Shown here one piece after another: positions 15,592 to 26,175 of a DNA stretch of 41,636 nucleotides. The position numbers and the translations under genes are program-made. Under the pieces are notes generated by a model. The model searched no databases and had not been told where the DNA came from. It saw nothing but the letters and a program-made list of their open reading frames with translations. Source of the stretch: an archaeon (GTDB lineage Archaea > Nanobdellota > Nanobdellia > SCGC-AAA011-G17 > GCA-2687815). The number at the start of each line of letters is the position of its first letter. The first letter of the stretch is position 1. The stretch spans positions 1 to 41,636 of the forward strand of contig NZBH01000008.1 in the NCBI GenBank assembly GCA_002687815.1. Reading direction: 5' to 3'.

Positions 15592-15897
15592 TCAATATAA
15601 CTCTGAGTCTGAGTTTGTATCTTTTTTGTTTTCAATTGCATGTTTAACTCCAATTAAATTACTAATAGTATTTATATTTATTTTCTTTCTAGAGAATGTT
15701 CTTTGTATATCTTTAGAAATAGCACTATTAGATTTTTTTATATACCCCGGCTTTAAATTGAAAAGACTACTTGTCCTTTTTAATGTAGAGCCATAAGCAT
15801 ACATTGTTAGAAAAACAAGTACATCAATTGTTTTTTTTCGATTAAAAATATCTTCTAAAATAGGCCATACATCTATATATGTGTTATTATTTAACAT
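15592..15897 (-). CDS. hypothetical protein, possible HTH (sigma region-4-like) regulator
   Basis: 101 aa. GSTLKRTSSLFNLKPGYIKKSNSAISKDI resembles an HTH. This is a weak call. Confidence 0.5.
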   Translation of the reverse strand: MLNNNTYIDVWPILEDIFNRKKTIDVLVFLTMYAYGSTLKRTSSLFNLKPGYIKKSNSAISKDIQRTFSRKKININTISNLIGVKHAIENKKDTNSDSELY

Positions 15898-16570
15898 AAC
15901 CTCTCCAAGTCATTGGACATTTATTACAAGAGTCACAAACCTCTGAGGGTTTTATATAAAATATTTCCTTTTCAATAGAATCTGCAATATATTGATAGTT
16001 ACTATCAGTGTTATATAATATAGAATATTCTTCTCCTAAAATTGGGAAGAAATATGTTAATTGCATAGGTCGTGTTTCTGCTAAAATTTCATAACCACAA
16101 GCATTCCATTGAGCTTTTTGAACTAATTTTGCAAATTCATCCAATAAGGGTAATACACTATCATATCTAAACCAAATAAGTTGTAAAAAATTACTTTCAG
16201 TTTTTATTCTAGCCACATCTACTGATATATCCATATTAAGAACTGTAGTGCGTATATCCTTAGAGATTACTGTAGAATTTCTATGCTTACTCTTCCATAT
16301 CCCATAATTTACTAATATTTTTTGTAAAGACCTAGCTATTATTTTTTTAGGCAATCCTCTTCGTTTTTTTGTTACATCCAATCCTTGAATGATAGTATCT
16401 ACGTTTGATGCCTCTTCATCAAAAAGATCAATTAGTATTTTATGAATATAAGATCTTAATAACTTTGCATCTTCTTGTTCTTCAAATACAGGATCATTTA
16501 ACTGCCGTAAAGGACATTCGTTTGTATACCAATATGCTTGTTCAAAGGAAATGCCTATATTATTGTACAT
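15887..16570 (-). CDS. hypothetical protein; clamp-loader accessory subunit possible from position only
   Basis: 227 aa. Its ATG overlaps the clamp-loader stop by 1 nt (TAATG). No recognised motifs. Confidence 0.6.
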   Translation of the reverse strand: MYNNIGISFEQAYWYTNECPLRQLNDPVFEEQEDAKLLRSYIHKILIDLFDEEASNVDTIIQGLDVTKKRRGLPKKIIARSLQKILVNYGIWKSKHRNSTVISKDIRTTVLNMDISVDVARIKTESNFLQLIWFRYDSVLPLLDEFAKLVQKAQWNACGYEILAETRPMQLTYFFPILGEEYSILYNTDSNYQYIADSIEKEIFYIKPSEVCDSCNKCPMTWRGYVK

Positions 16571-17751
16571 TAAGATTCACACTCTAATGCAGCAGCTGTT
16601 GCTAAGGCAAGCACAGTATATCTATCTTGAAAAATACTAGTACCTATAGTACTATTAAAGGTTCTTGCCATTCTCATTAATCGTATACCTTTAGAATCAC
16701 CTTTAGCTAGAAGATTTATCCCCATGGAACTAAGAGTCCTAACTACGCCACTACTTACTGCTTCTGGAGCAATACTAGATCTAGATGTATAAAAATCTCT
16801 AAGTATTTTATAACATTTTGTTTCATTAGCATAAATTAAAGAATCTATAAAATCCTTAAAATGATCTTCTTCTTCTATGTACACTTCTAAAACAGTTCTA
16901 GTCGCGCTAAGTTCAATAGTCCCCTCTGCATTAGGCTCTATTTGCTCCAAAACGGCCTGTAAAAGCGTAATACATTGTCTAAGTGAACCATCACTTACTT
17001 TAATTATCCTATTAAGGACACTACGCTGTACCTTAGGCCTTTTTAAGTATTTATACTCATTTAAATTAACATCAACAAGTATATTAAATAGTTCCTCTTC
17101 AGACCATGGGCGCAGTTTATATGTAAGAATTCGTGATTTCCAAGCTTTATTAGTAAATAATGTGTCATATTCTGAAGAAGTTAACAATATATGTACTCGA
17201 GTCTTTTTTGTATTAGTTAAAACATTCTCTACTGGAAGTAGTAAGTTTTCAATACCTTTTTTAGTTAAATTATGAGCCTCTTCAAGACAGATGACCCTTG
17301 TACCTCTTGCATGTTTCATAAGAGAGGTGCCTCCATCAATCTCTTCTTGGACCATGGTTATAACATCATCATTTTTCATTTTTGCAGCATTTTTTACAAC
17401 ATAATGTGGATCTCGACCATCAAAGCTTCTTGTAAGGATTCCCCTACATCTTGCACACTCTAAACATGGTTCAGTTAAATTACCTAGTTCGTCTCTTTCC
17501 GGCTCTAAACAATTTAATGATAATGCTAAAATAAGTGCAAGCGTTGTCTTTCCAGTCCCCGCTTCTCCAGTGAAAGCTACTGCAGGTTGTGAGAGTTTAC
17601 CTGCATTTAATGCAATTTGCCTACTCAAACCTTTTGCTACATCAGCTGCAGCACCATATAGTTCACCGAATCGTAACGGACGATACGCACTATAAAGATT
17701 AGCCCCTTGATCAGGACCCCTTCTTATTAGTTTAGATTTAAACTTAGACAT
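16570..17751 (-). CDS. AAA+ clamp loader, DNA polymerase III gamma/tau (DnaX)-like
   Basis: FTGEAGTGKTTLALILALSLNC (Walker A), Zn module CLECARCRGI, VICLEEAHNLT (Walker B / DExx), SRILTYKL (sensor 1 / SRC-like). Confidence 0.8.
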   Translation of the reverse strand: MSKFKSKLIRRGPDQGANLYSAYRPLRFGELYGAAADVAKGLSRQIALNAGKLSQPAVAFTGEAGTGKTTLALILALSLNCLEPERDELGNLTEPCLECARCRGILTRSFDGRDPHYVVKNAAKMKNDDVITMVQEEIDGGTSLMKHARGTRVICLEEAHNLTKKGIENLLLPVENVLTNTKKTRVHILLTSSEYDTLFTNKAWKSRILTYKLRPWSEEELFNILVDVNLNEYKYLKRPKVQRSVLNRIIKVSDGSLRQCITLLQAVLEQIEPNAEGTIELSATRTVLEVYIEEEDHFKDFIDSLIYANETKCYKILRDFYTSRSSIAPEAVSSGVVRTLSSMGINLLAKGDSKGIRLMRMARTFNSTIGTSIFQDRYTVLALATAAALECES

Positions 17752-20005
17752 GTTGTAATCCTTTTCTTCTAATACTAGTTATTGTTAATGCATATGATTC
17801 ATTCATTTTTTCAGATAAATTAGTATAACGTTTTGCTATACCTGAAGTCTGAATGGCTTTTATTACCTGAGCATTAGAGGCCATTAGAACGCATACTGTA
17901 CGAGCCCGGGTTATACCTGTGTATAATAAGTTCCTAGTTAACATTCTTTTTACAAGAAAATCATCTGGAAGGACTACAATCACTGCTTGTGCCTCTCCAC
18001 CCTGAGCTTTATGTATCGTTGAAGCCCAGGCATGTACTATATCATTTTTTTCAGAGAATTCATATCTAACATCATTTCCATAAAAATCTACATAAAACTC
18101 ACCAGAACCTTCTCTAGTCCCTTGTAACATACGAGTAATATAACCTGTATCACCATTAAATACATTTTTTCGATAATCATTACGTAATTGCATAACCTTA
18201 TCGCCTACTCTTAAAGTATTATTAGGAATATTTAATGACTGTCCTTCAGAATTAATTATTTCTTGCATAGTTTCATTTAATGAAGAACAATTTAAATCAC
18301 CCCTTTTCTTTCTAATTGGTGTTAAAATAAGAATATCCTCAGACCTAATATTATATTTATTAGGAATATGTTTCATTACAAGATCTACTAATACATCTTT
18401 AGATACCTTAGTAGTGTGATAAAAATCCGACTCTCCCCATTTTTTACCTGTTAATAAAGGTGCACTCTCAGCTAAGTAATGTCCAGAGTTTATAACTCGA
18501 GCATTACGTACCAACATAGCACTAGAATCCTGTCTAAAAACTGTTTTTAATTCTATTGTATTTACTTTACCTGAGCTTATCAGATCTCCTAGAAGATTAC
18601 CTGCAGATACAGATTGTAATTGATCTTTATCTCCTACAAAAATTAATTTTGTACTTCTAGGAATAGCTCTCAGTAAAGAAGTCATTAGCATTACATCTAC
18701 CATAGATATTTCATCAATAATAAGAAGATCTATATCTAGCTGCTCTCCTTCATTATACTTAAATTTAAAATTACCATTAGCACCAAATTCTAACAATCTA
18801 TGGATTGTAGATGCTTCGCGCCCAGTAGCCTCTTCCATGCGCTTAGCAGCTCTACCAGTTGGTGCGGTTAATTTATAAGATAAATTTAAACTATCGGCTA
18901 CGTAGAGTAGTGCAGCAAGCATAGATGTCTTACCAGTGCCTGGGGAGCCCGTAACGATCGTTACGTTGTCTAACAGGGCCCTGATAATAGCGTTATGTTG
19001 TTCATCAGTTAGCTTAATCGATCCATATTTTTCCCAATCAAGAATCCACTTTTTAATTTTGCCCACGTTCAAATCTTTAGTAGAAGTAAGAATTCTCTCT
19101 ATAAGATTTTTAGCTATAAATGTTTCAGCATTTTCATATTTTATTAGATGAATACCTTTATCATCTTGAAGAATTCTCTTAGATTGGACTACTTTACCAT
19201 CAATACTTTTTATATCTATAGCCAATTCAGCTAAAGCCTCATTAAAGATCACTCTCTTATCTAAAGGGTCCTCAAATTTTATTTCATTAGAAAATGCTTT
19301 AAATAACATTTCTATAGGAATATAGGTATGACCCTCATTATTGTCTTCTAATAAGTATACAAGCGATTCTTGAATTCTTTTAGGATCAGTATCCGAGAAT
19401 CCCAATAACTTAGCAAAGTAATCAGAGCGTCTAAAGCCTACTCCAGGTACTTTCATTAGAATATAAGGATTATCATCTAAGGCGGTGGCCATATCATCCT
19501 CTAAGTCTGCACTGAGAATCTTTCTAGCCATAGTTTTACTAAATCCCGCTTCTGTTAATTTAATAGCTATTTTTTCTCGTCCATAAAAGAAATGCCATTG
19601 ATTTACAATTTGTTTAGCAAGTTTAGGTCCAATACCAGGTATATCCTGAAGTCTTGAATCGTTTGTTTTTATAAGATCTATAATAGAAATACCAAACTTA
19701 TTGACCATCCATTTAGCTCTACTAGGACCAATACCCTTTATTAATCCAGAGCCAAGTAAACATTCTATGCCACTTTCATCGTCTGGAACATATCTAGAAT
19801 ATCTCTTTACACTAAACTGTAAACCATATTTAGGATCATCGTTCCAATCGCCAGAAAGACTAAGATGCTCTCCAACAACTAACCCCATGTAACCTTTTAT
19901 AATACATGGGGAATCATTATTATCTTCTATAATCTTTGCAATGGTAAAGCCATTATCAGGACTAGAATAAACTACACCCGTTACTATACCATGAAGCTGC
20001 GCCAT
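17744..20005 (-). CDS. RecD2-type SF1B DNA helicase (RecD/TraA family)
   Basis: N-terminal OB-like GFTIAKI, HhH (IKGIGPSRAKWMV, IPGIGPKLAKQIV), VTGSPGTGKTSML, LLIIDEISMVD, FVGDKDQLQSV, STIHKAQGGEA, LLYTGITRAR. Confidence 0.9.
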   Translation of the reverse strand: MAQLHGIVTGVVYSSPDNGFTIAKIIEDNNDSPCIIKGYMGLVVGEHLSLSGDWNDDPKYGLQFSVKRYSRYVPDDESGIECLLGSGLIKGIGPSRAKWMVNKFGISIIDLIKTNDSRLQDIPGIGPKLAKQIVNQWHFFYGREKIAIKLTEAGFSKTMARKILSADLEDDMATALDDNPYILMKVPGVGFRRSDYFAKLLGFSDTDPKRIQESLVYLLEDNNEGHTYIPIEMLFKAFSNEIKFEDPLDKRVIFNEALAELAIDIKSIDGKVVQSKRILQDDKGIHLIKYENAETFIAKNLIERILTSTKDLNVGKIKKWILDWEKYGSIKLTDEQHNAIIRALLDNVTIVTGSPGTGKTSMLAALLYVADSLNLSYKLTAPTGRAAKRMEEATGREASTIHRLLEFGANGNFKFKYNEGEQLDIDLLIIDEISMVDVMLMTSLLRAIPRSTKLIFVGDKDQLQSVSAGNLLGDLISSGKVNTIELKTVFRQDSSAMLVRNARVINSGHYLAESAPLLTGKKWGESDFYHTTKVSKDVLVDLVMKHIPNKYNIRSEDILILTPIRKKRGDLNCSSLNETMQEIINSEGQSLNIPNNTLRVGDKVMQLRNDYRKNVFNGDTGYITRMLQGTREGSGEFYVDFYGNDVRYEFSEKNDIVHAWASTIHKAQGGEAQAVIVVLPDDFLVKRMLTRNLLYTGITRARTVCVLMASNAQVIKAIQTSGIAKRYTNLSEKMNESYALTITSIRRKGLQHV

Positions 20006-20859
20006 TAAGACCCATTAAAGAATTGCTGATCAGTATCTATCTGCTCTTCTTCTATTTCAGACGCACTATCAGTAGAAATAACTTTACTGAAATCTTCGTC
20101 CTCGGTATTAATAGAAAAACTTTCTATATCAGTGAAGATATCTTCAAGATCTTCTTCAACTTTTAAAACAGTGGGCTCTTTTTGTTTTTTTGGTAATTCT
20201 TTTTCTAGTTTTGGCTTTTCGACTATCTCTTCAAAGCTATGAATTAACTCTTCTACGGCCTTATCTGGAATACTAGCAGGTTCTGCAACACTAACTTTCT
20301 CTTCTAAGACCTCAGTTAATACTGGATTGACAGGAGGATCACTACTATAAGTAGCTGGTGCTTCTTCAAGAGTATTAGAACTATCTATTACTTCTTGTAT
20401 ATCAGCTAGAAAATCATCTACTTCATTAGCTTCTATAAATGGAATTTCATGTTTTAACTCAACTACTGTAGTAGGAGTATCATTTAGAATTAATTCTACA
20501 TGATTATCTTCTTTTCTTATATACTCCCCTGGAATTCCAGGAAGTAATAAGGCAGGGGCAATATCTAAATATTCTGAAATTCCCATTAAAACACTTAACT
20601 TAGGAGTTCGTACACCCCTAAAATAGTGATGTATTGAACTAGGGCTAGATAACAGTGTTGGATAGTTTAATCTAAAGTAATTAACTAAATCAGAAACTGA
20701 TGCTCCGGTTTTTTTCATATAAAAACGAAGTCTTTCTGGAAAGTTAGAACTTTCATCAATACTTAAAGAACCGTTATCGTCCCTAAAGATTGAGTATTTT
20801 ATTTCTGGATCATCAGCTATAATCTGCGATATTTGATCTTCGTTCAGTACTAGTTGCAT
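20005..20859 (-). CDS. HTH (Xre-like) protein with long acidic C-terminal tail
   Basis: MKKTGASVSDLVNYF...FRGVRTPKLSVLMGISEYLDIAPALLL is followed by a Glu/Asp-rich low-complexity C-terminus. SD AAAGGAGA. Confidence 0.6.
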   Translation of the reverse strand: MQLVLNEDQISQIIADDPEIKYSIFRDDNGSLSIDESSNFPERLRFYMKKTGASVSDLVNYFRLNYPTLLSSPSSIHHYFRGVRTPKLSVLMGISEYLDIAPALLLPGIPGEYIRKEDNHVELILNDTPTTVVELKHEIPFIEANEVDDFLADIQEVIDSSNTLEEAPATYSSDPPVNPVLTEVLEEKVSVAEPASIPDKAVEELIHSFEEIVEKPKLEKELPKKQKEPTVLKVEEDLEDIFTDIESFSINTEDEDFSKVISTDSASEIEEEQIDTDQQFFNGS

Positions 20860-20874
20860 ATTTTCTCCTTTCTT

Positions 20875-22839
20875 TTAGATTATGCATACGTCATTATTGC
20901 AGAATCGTTCTACTTCTGCTTCTTCTCCCTTTACATTAGCAAAAGAGAGATATGTTAATTTCTTAACAATTTCATTATAAACTTGTTCACTAATTTTTTC
21001 ATAAGGCATCTGGTCATAAGCCCCTAACTCTAATCGCGGTAGAAAACTAATACCTTTTAATTGATACTGAAAGTATTTAAGAGCATGAGGAAGTTGAGTT
21101 CCTTCCGTTTTAGGATCAAATGTAACAGTACAACTAACTTGATTGTCAGCCCAATATTTTTGCATAAATGCTGCCAATGAAAGTTGTTCCCATAAAGAAA
21201 TCTCCGATAAAGTACGAATATTTTCACCCACATCAACGGGTAATTCAACTACCACTGTAGTCTCTGCTGCTTTAGTATCTGGCTCTATTTTATATCCTGC
21301 CTTTTTTAAAGGTTCAATTAATTCACTATGAATAGATAATCGCATTCGTCTAATATAAAATCTAGATTCTGGAAAATGAACTCCTGGAGTAGCTCCGGCT
21401 AGCAAAGATACTGTACCTGAAGGTTTTACAGAAGTTATTTTTATACTTTTTGGAACTGCTAACCAATCAGAATATTGATCATCATAAGCTTTTAGGATAT
21501 CATATCCCCTTTCTAACCATTTTCTAAACTCGTGGATGCCTTTATTAGTTATAAACTGAGCAACACCTGATACAGATGTTCCAATTCGTCTATTGCGCAG
21601 CATAACACGATTTGTATCTGGCCAATGAGTTTTACCTAAAGTAACAGTTTTAGCATATAAATAAGCATACTTCAATGTTTTTAGAAAGTCTTCTAAATTT
21701 TCATGATTATTTGGAAATGTTTCTACTAAACAGCAAAGTTCATATGATTCAAGCGTTTGTTCTAAGCAAGGATTTCCTCCCGCAGCTCTATGATCTTTGT
21801 TATCTTTACCGTTCTTCATGCGCCCATAACCTCTCATATTCTCAAGCCATGCAAATCCTGGTTCTCCATTATCAACAATTCGCTCTGTTGTAGACTTATA
21901 GTCCATTCCAAGCTCTGCGTAGATAGAATTATTAGAAGTCCATCCATACTCTGCTCTTTCTGGATTTACTTTATAATTTTTTAAATCTATATATTCTACA
22001 TCATAAGGATCTCCGAATACAATTTCTGCAGTTCTTCTGACATTTCCAGCAACTACACATTTTCCTATGAGATTTTGTAAATCTACAATAGTTCTTACTG
22101 TGATTGGTTCGTTTATATTATTATTTAGTATTAATTTTATATTATTATGTAATTCTTTTAATGGTTCAGAGCCGCTGGCTACTCCACCAAATCCTTTTAT
22201 TTGCTCTCCAGCAGCTCGAATTTTTCTATAATCAAACTTTATTGGTGGTCCGTTTGTAAAATATGAATCAATAAGAATACTAACTGATTCTACCCAACCC
22301 TCTCTAGTGTCTGGAATAATAAATAGAGATGCATCTCTATTAAGATTTTGTCCTTTAACAAATATTTGTCCAGCACCTTTTGTATCAAATCCAACCCCAA
22401 CCCCGAGCATGGATGCGTCCATTAGAAATGTAAATGGTTTTGATAAGTCATCTTTAATGGTTTCGGTAGATACAAATGCACAATTATTTAGCGCAGCATA
22501 TAATTCTTTTTTTTCAGTTAAATCAGTGCCCATGGCCCAGAGACCCCTACCTGGAGGAAGAAATTTCATATTCCATATTCTATCATACATTTCTTGTGCA
22601 CTATTTTGGGCTTGCCAAGGATTCCAGCCCAGTTGATGCAGATCAATCCATTTCTTTTGCATAGAATAAGTACCTTCAACAACTCTACGTACAGTTTCCC
22701 ACCATCTTTCATTTTTACCATCGTCTTTAACTCTAGAGTAGGTTCTCATGTAAACAAGCTCTCCTAATCCATTAAAGCCAAATGGTGGTCTTTTTCTTTT
22801 ATATTTTTCAATAAAATTATCTGATAAATTGAATTCCAT
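20875..22839 (-). CDS. nrdJ: ribonucleotide reductase, class II (adenosylcobalamin-dependent, NrdJ-like)
   Basis: 654 aa single chain. Active-site GGNPCLEQTLESYELCCL. Phage/cyanophage-type N-terminus FGFNGLGELVYMRTYSR. C-terminal redox pair CNNDVC. Confidence 0.8.
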   Translation of the reverse strand: MEFNLSDNFIEKYKRKRPPFGFNGLGELVYMRTYSRVKDDGKNERWWETVRRVVEGTYSMQKKWIDLHQLGWNPWQAQNSAQEMYDRIWNMKFLPPGRGLWAMGTDLTEKKELYAALNNCAFVSTETIKDDLSKPFTFLMDASMLGVGVGFDTKGAGQIFVKGQNLNRDASLFIIPDTREGWVESVSILIDSYFTNGPPIKFDYRKIRAAGEQIKGFGGVASGSEPLKELHNNIKLILNNNINEPITVRTIVDLQNLIGKCVVAGNVRRTAEIVFGDPYDVEYIDLKNYKVNPERAEYGWTSNNSIYAELGMDYKSTTERIVDNGEPGFAWLENMRGYGRMKNGKDNKDHRAAGGNPCLEQTLESYELCCLVETFPNNHENLEDFLKTLKYAYLYAKTVTLGKTHWPDTNRVMLRNRRIGTSVSGVAQFITNKGIHEFRKWLERGYDILKAYDDQYSDWLAVPKSIKITSVKPSGTVSLLAGATPGVHFPESRFYIRRMRLSIHSELIEPLKKAGYKIEPDTKAAETTVVVELPVDVGENIRTLSEISLWEQLSLAAFMQKYWADNQVSCTVTFDPKTEGTQLPHALKYFQYQLKGISFLPRLELGAYDQMPYEKISEQVYNEIVKKLTYLSFANVKGEEAEVERFCNNDVCII

Positions 22840-22840
22840 A

Positions 22841-23368
22841 TTATACGCTCCCTATTATCATAGTAATAATCCCTACTATTATACCAGTAACTGCTCCTAT
22901 AAATTTAATTCCTCGTAGTGAATCTGTAGAAATACCTCTAACAGTTTTTTCTATTTTATCAACATCATATTTTTCTAATTGATGAATGAGAATTTTTTTA
23001 ATAGATTCTTTTATACTATCGTCTGTACTTATAGTATGAACAATTTTCATAAACATCTTTTTTCTTTTTATTTCTGGAACAAAGATTTGAGTTATCCAAA
23101 AACTATCTAATATTGTATTAAATAATTTGAATTGTTCAGTATCTTTTAGATCTTCTTGATTTATAAAAGAATCTGTAATTAAACCAGCTGTATGTTCCGC
23201 TGTTTCTTTAATTATTTTATACTTATTTAACGGTACAAGTCCAGGAGTAAAAGGAAGTTTAAAACGTCCTATCATTATTGCTGTTCGTGGTCTAAATAAC
23301 ATTTCTATAGCTATTACATTCGTTATCCAACCAATAAACATACCAATTATTGGTAGAATAATATTCAT
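22841..23368 (-). CDS. DUF445-like membrane protein
   Basis: IGWITNVIAIEMLFRPRT...LPFTPGLVPLNKYKI resembles the DUF445 signature (GY.TN.LAI.MLF.P...GLIP). TM helices at both ends. Confidence 0.55.
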   Translation of the reverse strand: MNIILPIIGMFIGWITNVIAIEMLFRPRTAIMIGRFKLPFTPGLVPLNKYKIIKETAEHTAGLITDSFINQEDLKDTEQFKLFNTILDSFWITQIFVPEIKRKKMFMKIVHTISTDDSIKESIKKILIHQLEKYDVDKIEKTVRGISTDSLRGIKFIGAVTGIIVGIITMIIGSV

Positions 23369-23370
23369 AA

Positions 23371-24090
23371 TTATTCTACCAATTCTTTAAGTCTGTCCTT
23401 AGTTTCCGTAGGAAAATCTCCAACATTTACCATCCATTTAAGATAACTTTTATCTATACTAGTGAGTGGTTTTCCTCTATGTTTACCAAATGTAAGAGTT
23501 GCTATTCCATTTTCATTTAATCTAAGTTTTCCAGCTAAATCTATTTGCTTATCATCTTTTATTTTATCTACAATATTTTCGATATTATCAAATGAATATT
23601 TCTCATTTTGTAAATCAAAAATAGTAAGCATAGCTTCTTCATCGCTACATTCTTTTTCTTTACCGGAATAAAGCTTATAGGCATCAGATAATGTTCGAGT
23701 TTCAAACTTAGAAAATACTTTATAAAGATCTATAATAGTATATTCAGTCGTATTAAATATATTATTTTCTCTATCAAATGCCTCAATAAGCATTTGTAAA
23801 TCAAATCGTTCTATATTATAGCCGACAATATCTGAACCTTCAAAAAAGGATTTTAAAGCATCGATAATATCTACAAACTTAGGAGCATCTTTAACATCTT
23901 CATCCGATATTCCATGTATTTTAGTTGCCTCTTGTGAAATAGGAATTCCAGGATTTACCAGTTTAATTCCTCTTATTTCTTTTCCATTTGGATATCTTTT
24001 TATTAGGTTCACCCTTACAATTCTATCTTCTTTTAAAGATAAACCTGTAGTATCAACATCTAAAAAGACAATAGGTTTAGTTACATTCAT
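23371..24090 (-). CDS. DEDD (DnaQ-like) 3'-5' exonuclease with C-terminal DUF3820-like motif
   Basis: VFLDVDTTGL (Exo I), VGYNIERFDLQML (Exo II), C-terminal FGKHRGKPLTSIDKSYLKWMV. Confidence 0.8.
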   Translation of the reverse strand: MNVTKPIVFLDVDTTGLSLKEDRIVRVNLIKRYPNGKEIRGIKLVNPGIPISQEATKIHGISDEDVKDAPKFVDIIDALKSFFEGSDIVGYNIERFDLQMLIEAFDRENNIFNTTEYTIIDLYKVFSKFETRTLSDAYKLYSGKEKECSDEEAMLTIFDLQNEKYSFDNIENIVDKIKDDKQIDLAGKLRLNENGIATLTFGKHRGKPLTSIDKSYLKWMVNVGDFPTETKDRLKELVE

Positions 24091-24092
24091 TT

Positions 24093-25418
24093 TTACGTCC
24101 TTTCTATTTTTATTTGCATATTAATCTTCCCTGAAGAAGTTATGTCTTTTAACATAGTATTTATCTCACTAAGCAGGAGAATATTAAGACGTCTAAATAA
24201 AATAGACTTTAATATTCCTGTTTTATTGCTTAATCTTTGTAACAAACTTTCATGATGTATATTATTTTCTTTAGCTATTAAGGGAAGCCAATGATCAACA
24301 GTAACTTGATTATTCATTTTGGTATCAGCAAGTATTTCCCATTCAATAGGCAATATTGTAGAAAGTTTTCTAAATTTTTCTTCACCATTTTTCAATAAAA
24401 ATTGATCTGGATCGGTATTAGCATCTAAATGTAATATATGAATATCTTTTCCGGTTCGTTCTTTATACTTCAAGTAAAACTTTCGAGTAGCTCTTAAACC
24501 GGCTGGATCAGAATCTAAACAAAGTATAACATTATCAAATTCATTTATAGTTTCTATATGCCCCTCTGTAAACGCTGTGCCAGAGACAGCAACCGCAGAA
24601 TGGATACCTTTATGTATCATAGTCATTACATCTGCTTGTCCTTCAACCATGTATAATACTTTTGATTCAAATCTATTAATTGCATTTTTAGCTCTATGTA
24701 AATTATAAAGAATATTACTCTTTTTAAATATAGCTGAATTAGAACTATTAACATATTTTCTTTTGCTAGATTCATCTATTATTCTTCCAGTAAATCCTAC
24801 TGGACGACCAAAAGAATTATGAATAGTAAATATTATTCTATTTTCTTGGAACATAGATAAATATTTATTAGATTTTGGAAGAAAACCTATAGTCTTTAAA
24901 ATGTCTATAGAATAATTATTCATCATACTTTCTTTTGTTTTATTATAATTAACTAATCCCCCTACTCCCATTTTACTAAGTAGACTGGTGGGCCACTCTC
25001 TATTCTTTGCATAATCTTTTACAGCATCTGGAGATAATTTATTTGATAATTCTCTAGTTGCAGAATATAAATCTCTTTTAAATTTTTCTTCAGAAGTTAA
25101 TGTAGGTTTATTTTTAAGTTCAGGAAAAGGTAAACCAAACATATCAGATATATGTCTAACAGTTATATCATAGAAATCAGACTCTCCTCCCCTAGGATAC
25201 CCATGTAGCTCCGCAGCTAGGTCAAATATAGTACCACCTGTTCCACATGCGAAACAAAACCATAAAGGTTCTCCGTTTCTTTCTCCTAATCTAAATGGAT
25301 TATAGCTTCTATGAGATTTAATAGGACAGGAGCCATTAGTATTGGACTTTAAATTTATACCATACATAGATAAATATCTTTGTAATTTAGATATGTATGG
25401 AGCTAATGCTTCATTCAT
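24093..25418 (-). CDS. dnaG: DnaG-like DNA primase (CHC2 zinc finger + Toprim)
   Basis: CPIKSHRSYNPF...FCFACGTGGTIFDL (zinc finger) and MVEGQADVMTM...LCLDSDPAG (Toprim). Confidence 0.85.
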   Translation of the reverse strand: MNEALAPYISKLQRYLSMYGINLKSNTNGSCPIKSHRSYNPFRLGERNGEPLWFCFACGTGGTIFDLAAELHGYPRGGESDFYDITVRHISDMFGLPFPELKNKPTLTSEEKFKRDLYSATRELSNKLSPDAVKDYAKNREWPTSLLSKMGVGGLVNYNKTKESMMNNYSIDILKTIGFLPKSNKYLSMFQENRIIFTIHNSFGRPVGFTGRIIDESSKRKYVNSSNSAIFKKSNILYNLHRAKNAINRFESKVLYMVEGQADVMTMIHKGIHSAVAVSGTAFTEGHIETINEFDNVILCLDSDPAGLRATRKFYLKYKERTGKDIHILHLDANTDPDQFLLKNGEEKFRKLSTILPIEWEILADTKMNNQVTVDHWLPLIAKENNIHHESLLQRLSNKTGILKSILFRRLNILLLSEINTMLKDITSSGKINMQIKIERT

Positions 25419-25425
25419 AAAACTC

Positions 25426-26175
25426 CTATTTAATTAATATATTTAATATTTCTTCGGGAATATGCTTACTAGAAGACTCTATTGCGAAGACTACTATATT
25501 TCTTTCTTGTTCATTTAGCCCAGCTTTAATTAATGTTCTTTCTATTAAATCTGTAACGGGGAAATAACCTGCCGGATAAGCTTCTTCTAAGTATAAATCT
25601 TGAGTTTCATCAGAAGATTTTATATGTATATTAGTAGATCTAGCACATAATTTTATTGTACTTACCGATACTCCAAGTTTTTTTGCTATTTCAATTTCTG
25701 TGGGTTCTATTTGATGTTCATTTAGATGCTTAGAAACAAATTTAGAAATAGTAAAAGCAAGATGTTGTAAAAATACAGAACCTTGTCGTACAGAATAAGC
25801 GTGATTCATTATAAAGCGCTGCATTTTAGTTCTTGCATCTCTATAATAATATGTAATCATTTTAGAATTTTTAGTAGGATCCCATGTATCTAATTTATCT
25901 ATAAAAACTATAGAAGCTATTTGCATTAAATCTAATGGATCTATCCGATCACCTCCATGCATACTATTTAAAACATTAATAGCTATATCTGCAAATATTC
26001 TAATATTATAAGATATTAGAGTATCAAGTGCTTGTGCTTTAGTTTGAGGATTGGAATTTCTGTACTGTATAATTAATTCTAATTCGTGGTCTTTAGAAAT
26101 ACGATGTCTTCCTTTAGATACTTGTTTTACATAAGCATCTAGTCTATTGACATTTTCTATTGAAATATTACTAAT
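25426..26175 (-). CDS. sigma-70 family RNA polymerase sigma factor, probable non-canonical (ATT) start
   Basis: The track ORF starts at ATG 25962, but the same frame stays open up to a TAA at 26197-26199. That stretch encodes DHELELIIQYRNSNPQTKAQALDTLISYNIRIFADIAINVLNS, which is sigma region 1.2/2.1-like. It contains no ATG/GTG/TTG. AAGGAG (26182-26187) lies 6 nt before ATT 26173-26175. Downstream HTHs: IAKKLGVSVSTIK and LNEQERNIVVF. Confidence 0.7.
   Translation of the reverse strand: MSNISIENVNRLDAYVKQVSKGRHRISKDHELELIIQYRNSNPQTKAQALDTLISYNIRIFADIAINVLNSMHGGDRIDPLDLMQIASIVFIDKLDTWDPTKNSKMITYYYRDARTKMQRFIMNHAYSVRQGSVFLQHLAFTISKFVSKHLNEHQIEPTEIEIAKKLGVSVSTIKLCARSTNIHIKSSDETQDLYLEEAYPAGYFPVTDLIERTLIKAGLNEQERNIVVFAIESSSKHIPEEILNILIK

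Noticed and set aside
16405-17463. The + strand ORFs 16405-16587, 16877-17275 and 17272-17463.
   Set aside because: They are antisense to the clamp-loader and adjacent genes, with no motifs and no SD.
21057-22664. Small ORFs on both strands inside the RNR gene.
   Set aside because: They are nested within, or antisense to, a 654-aa ORF that carries the class II RNR active-site motifs.
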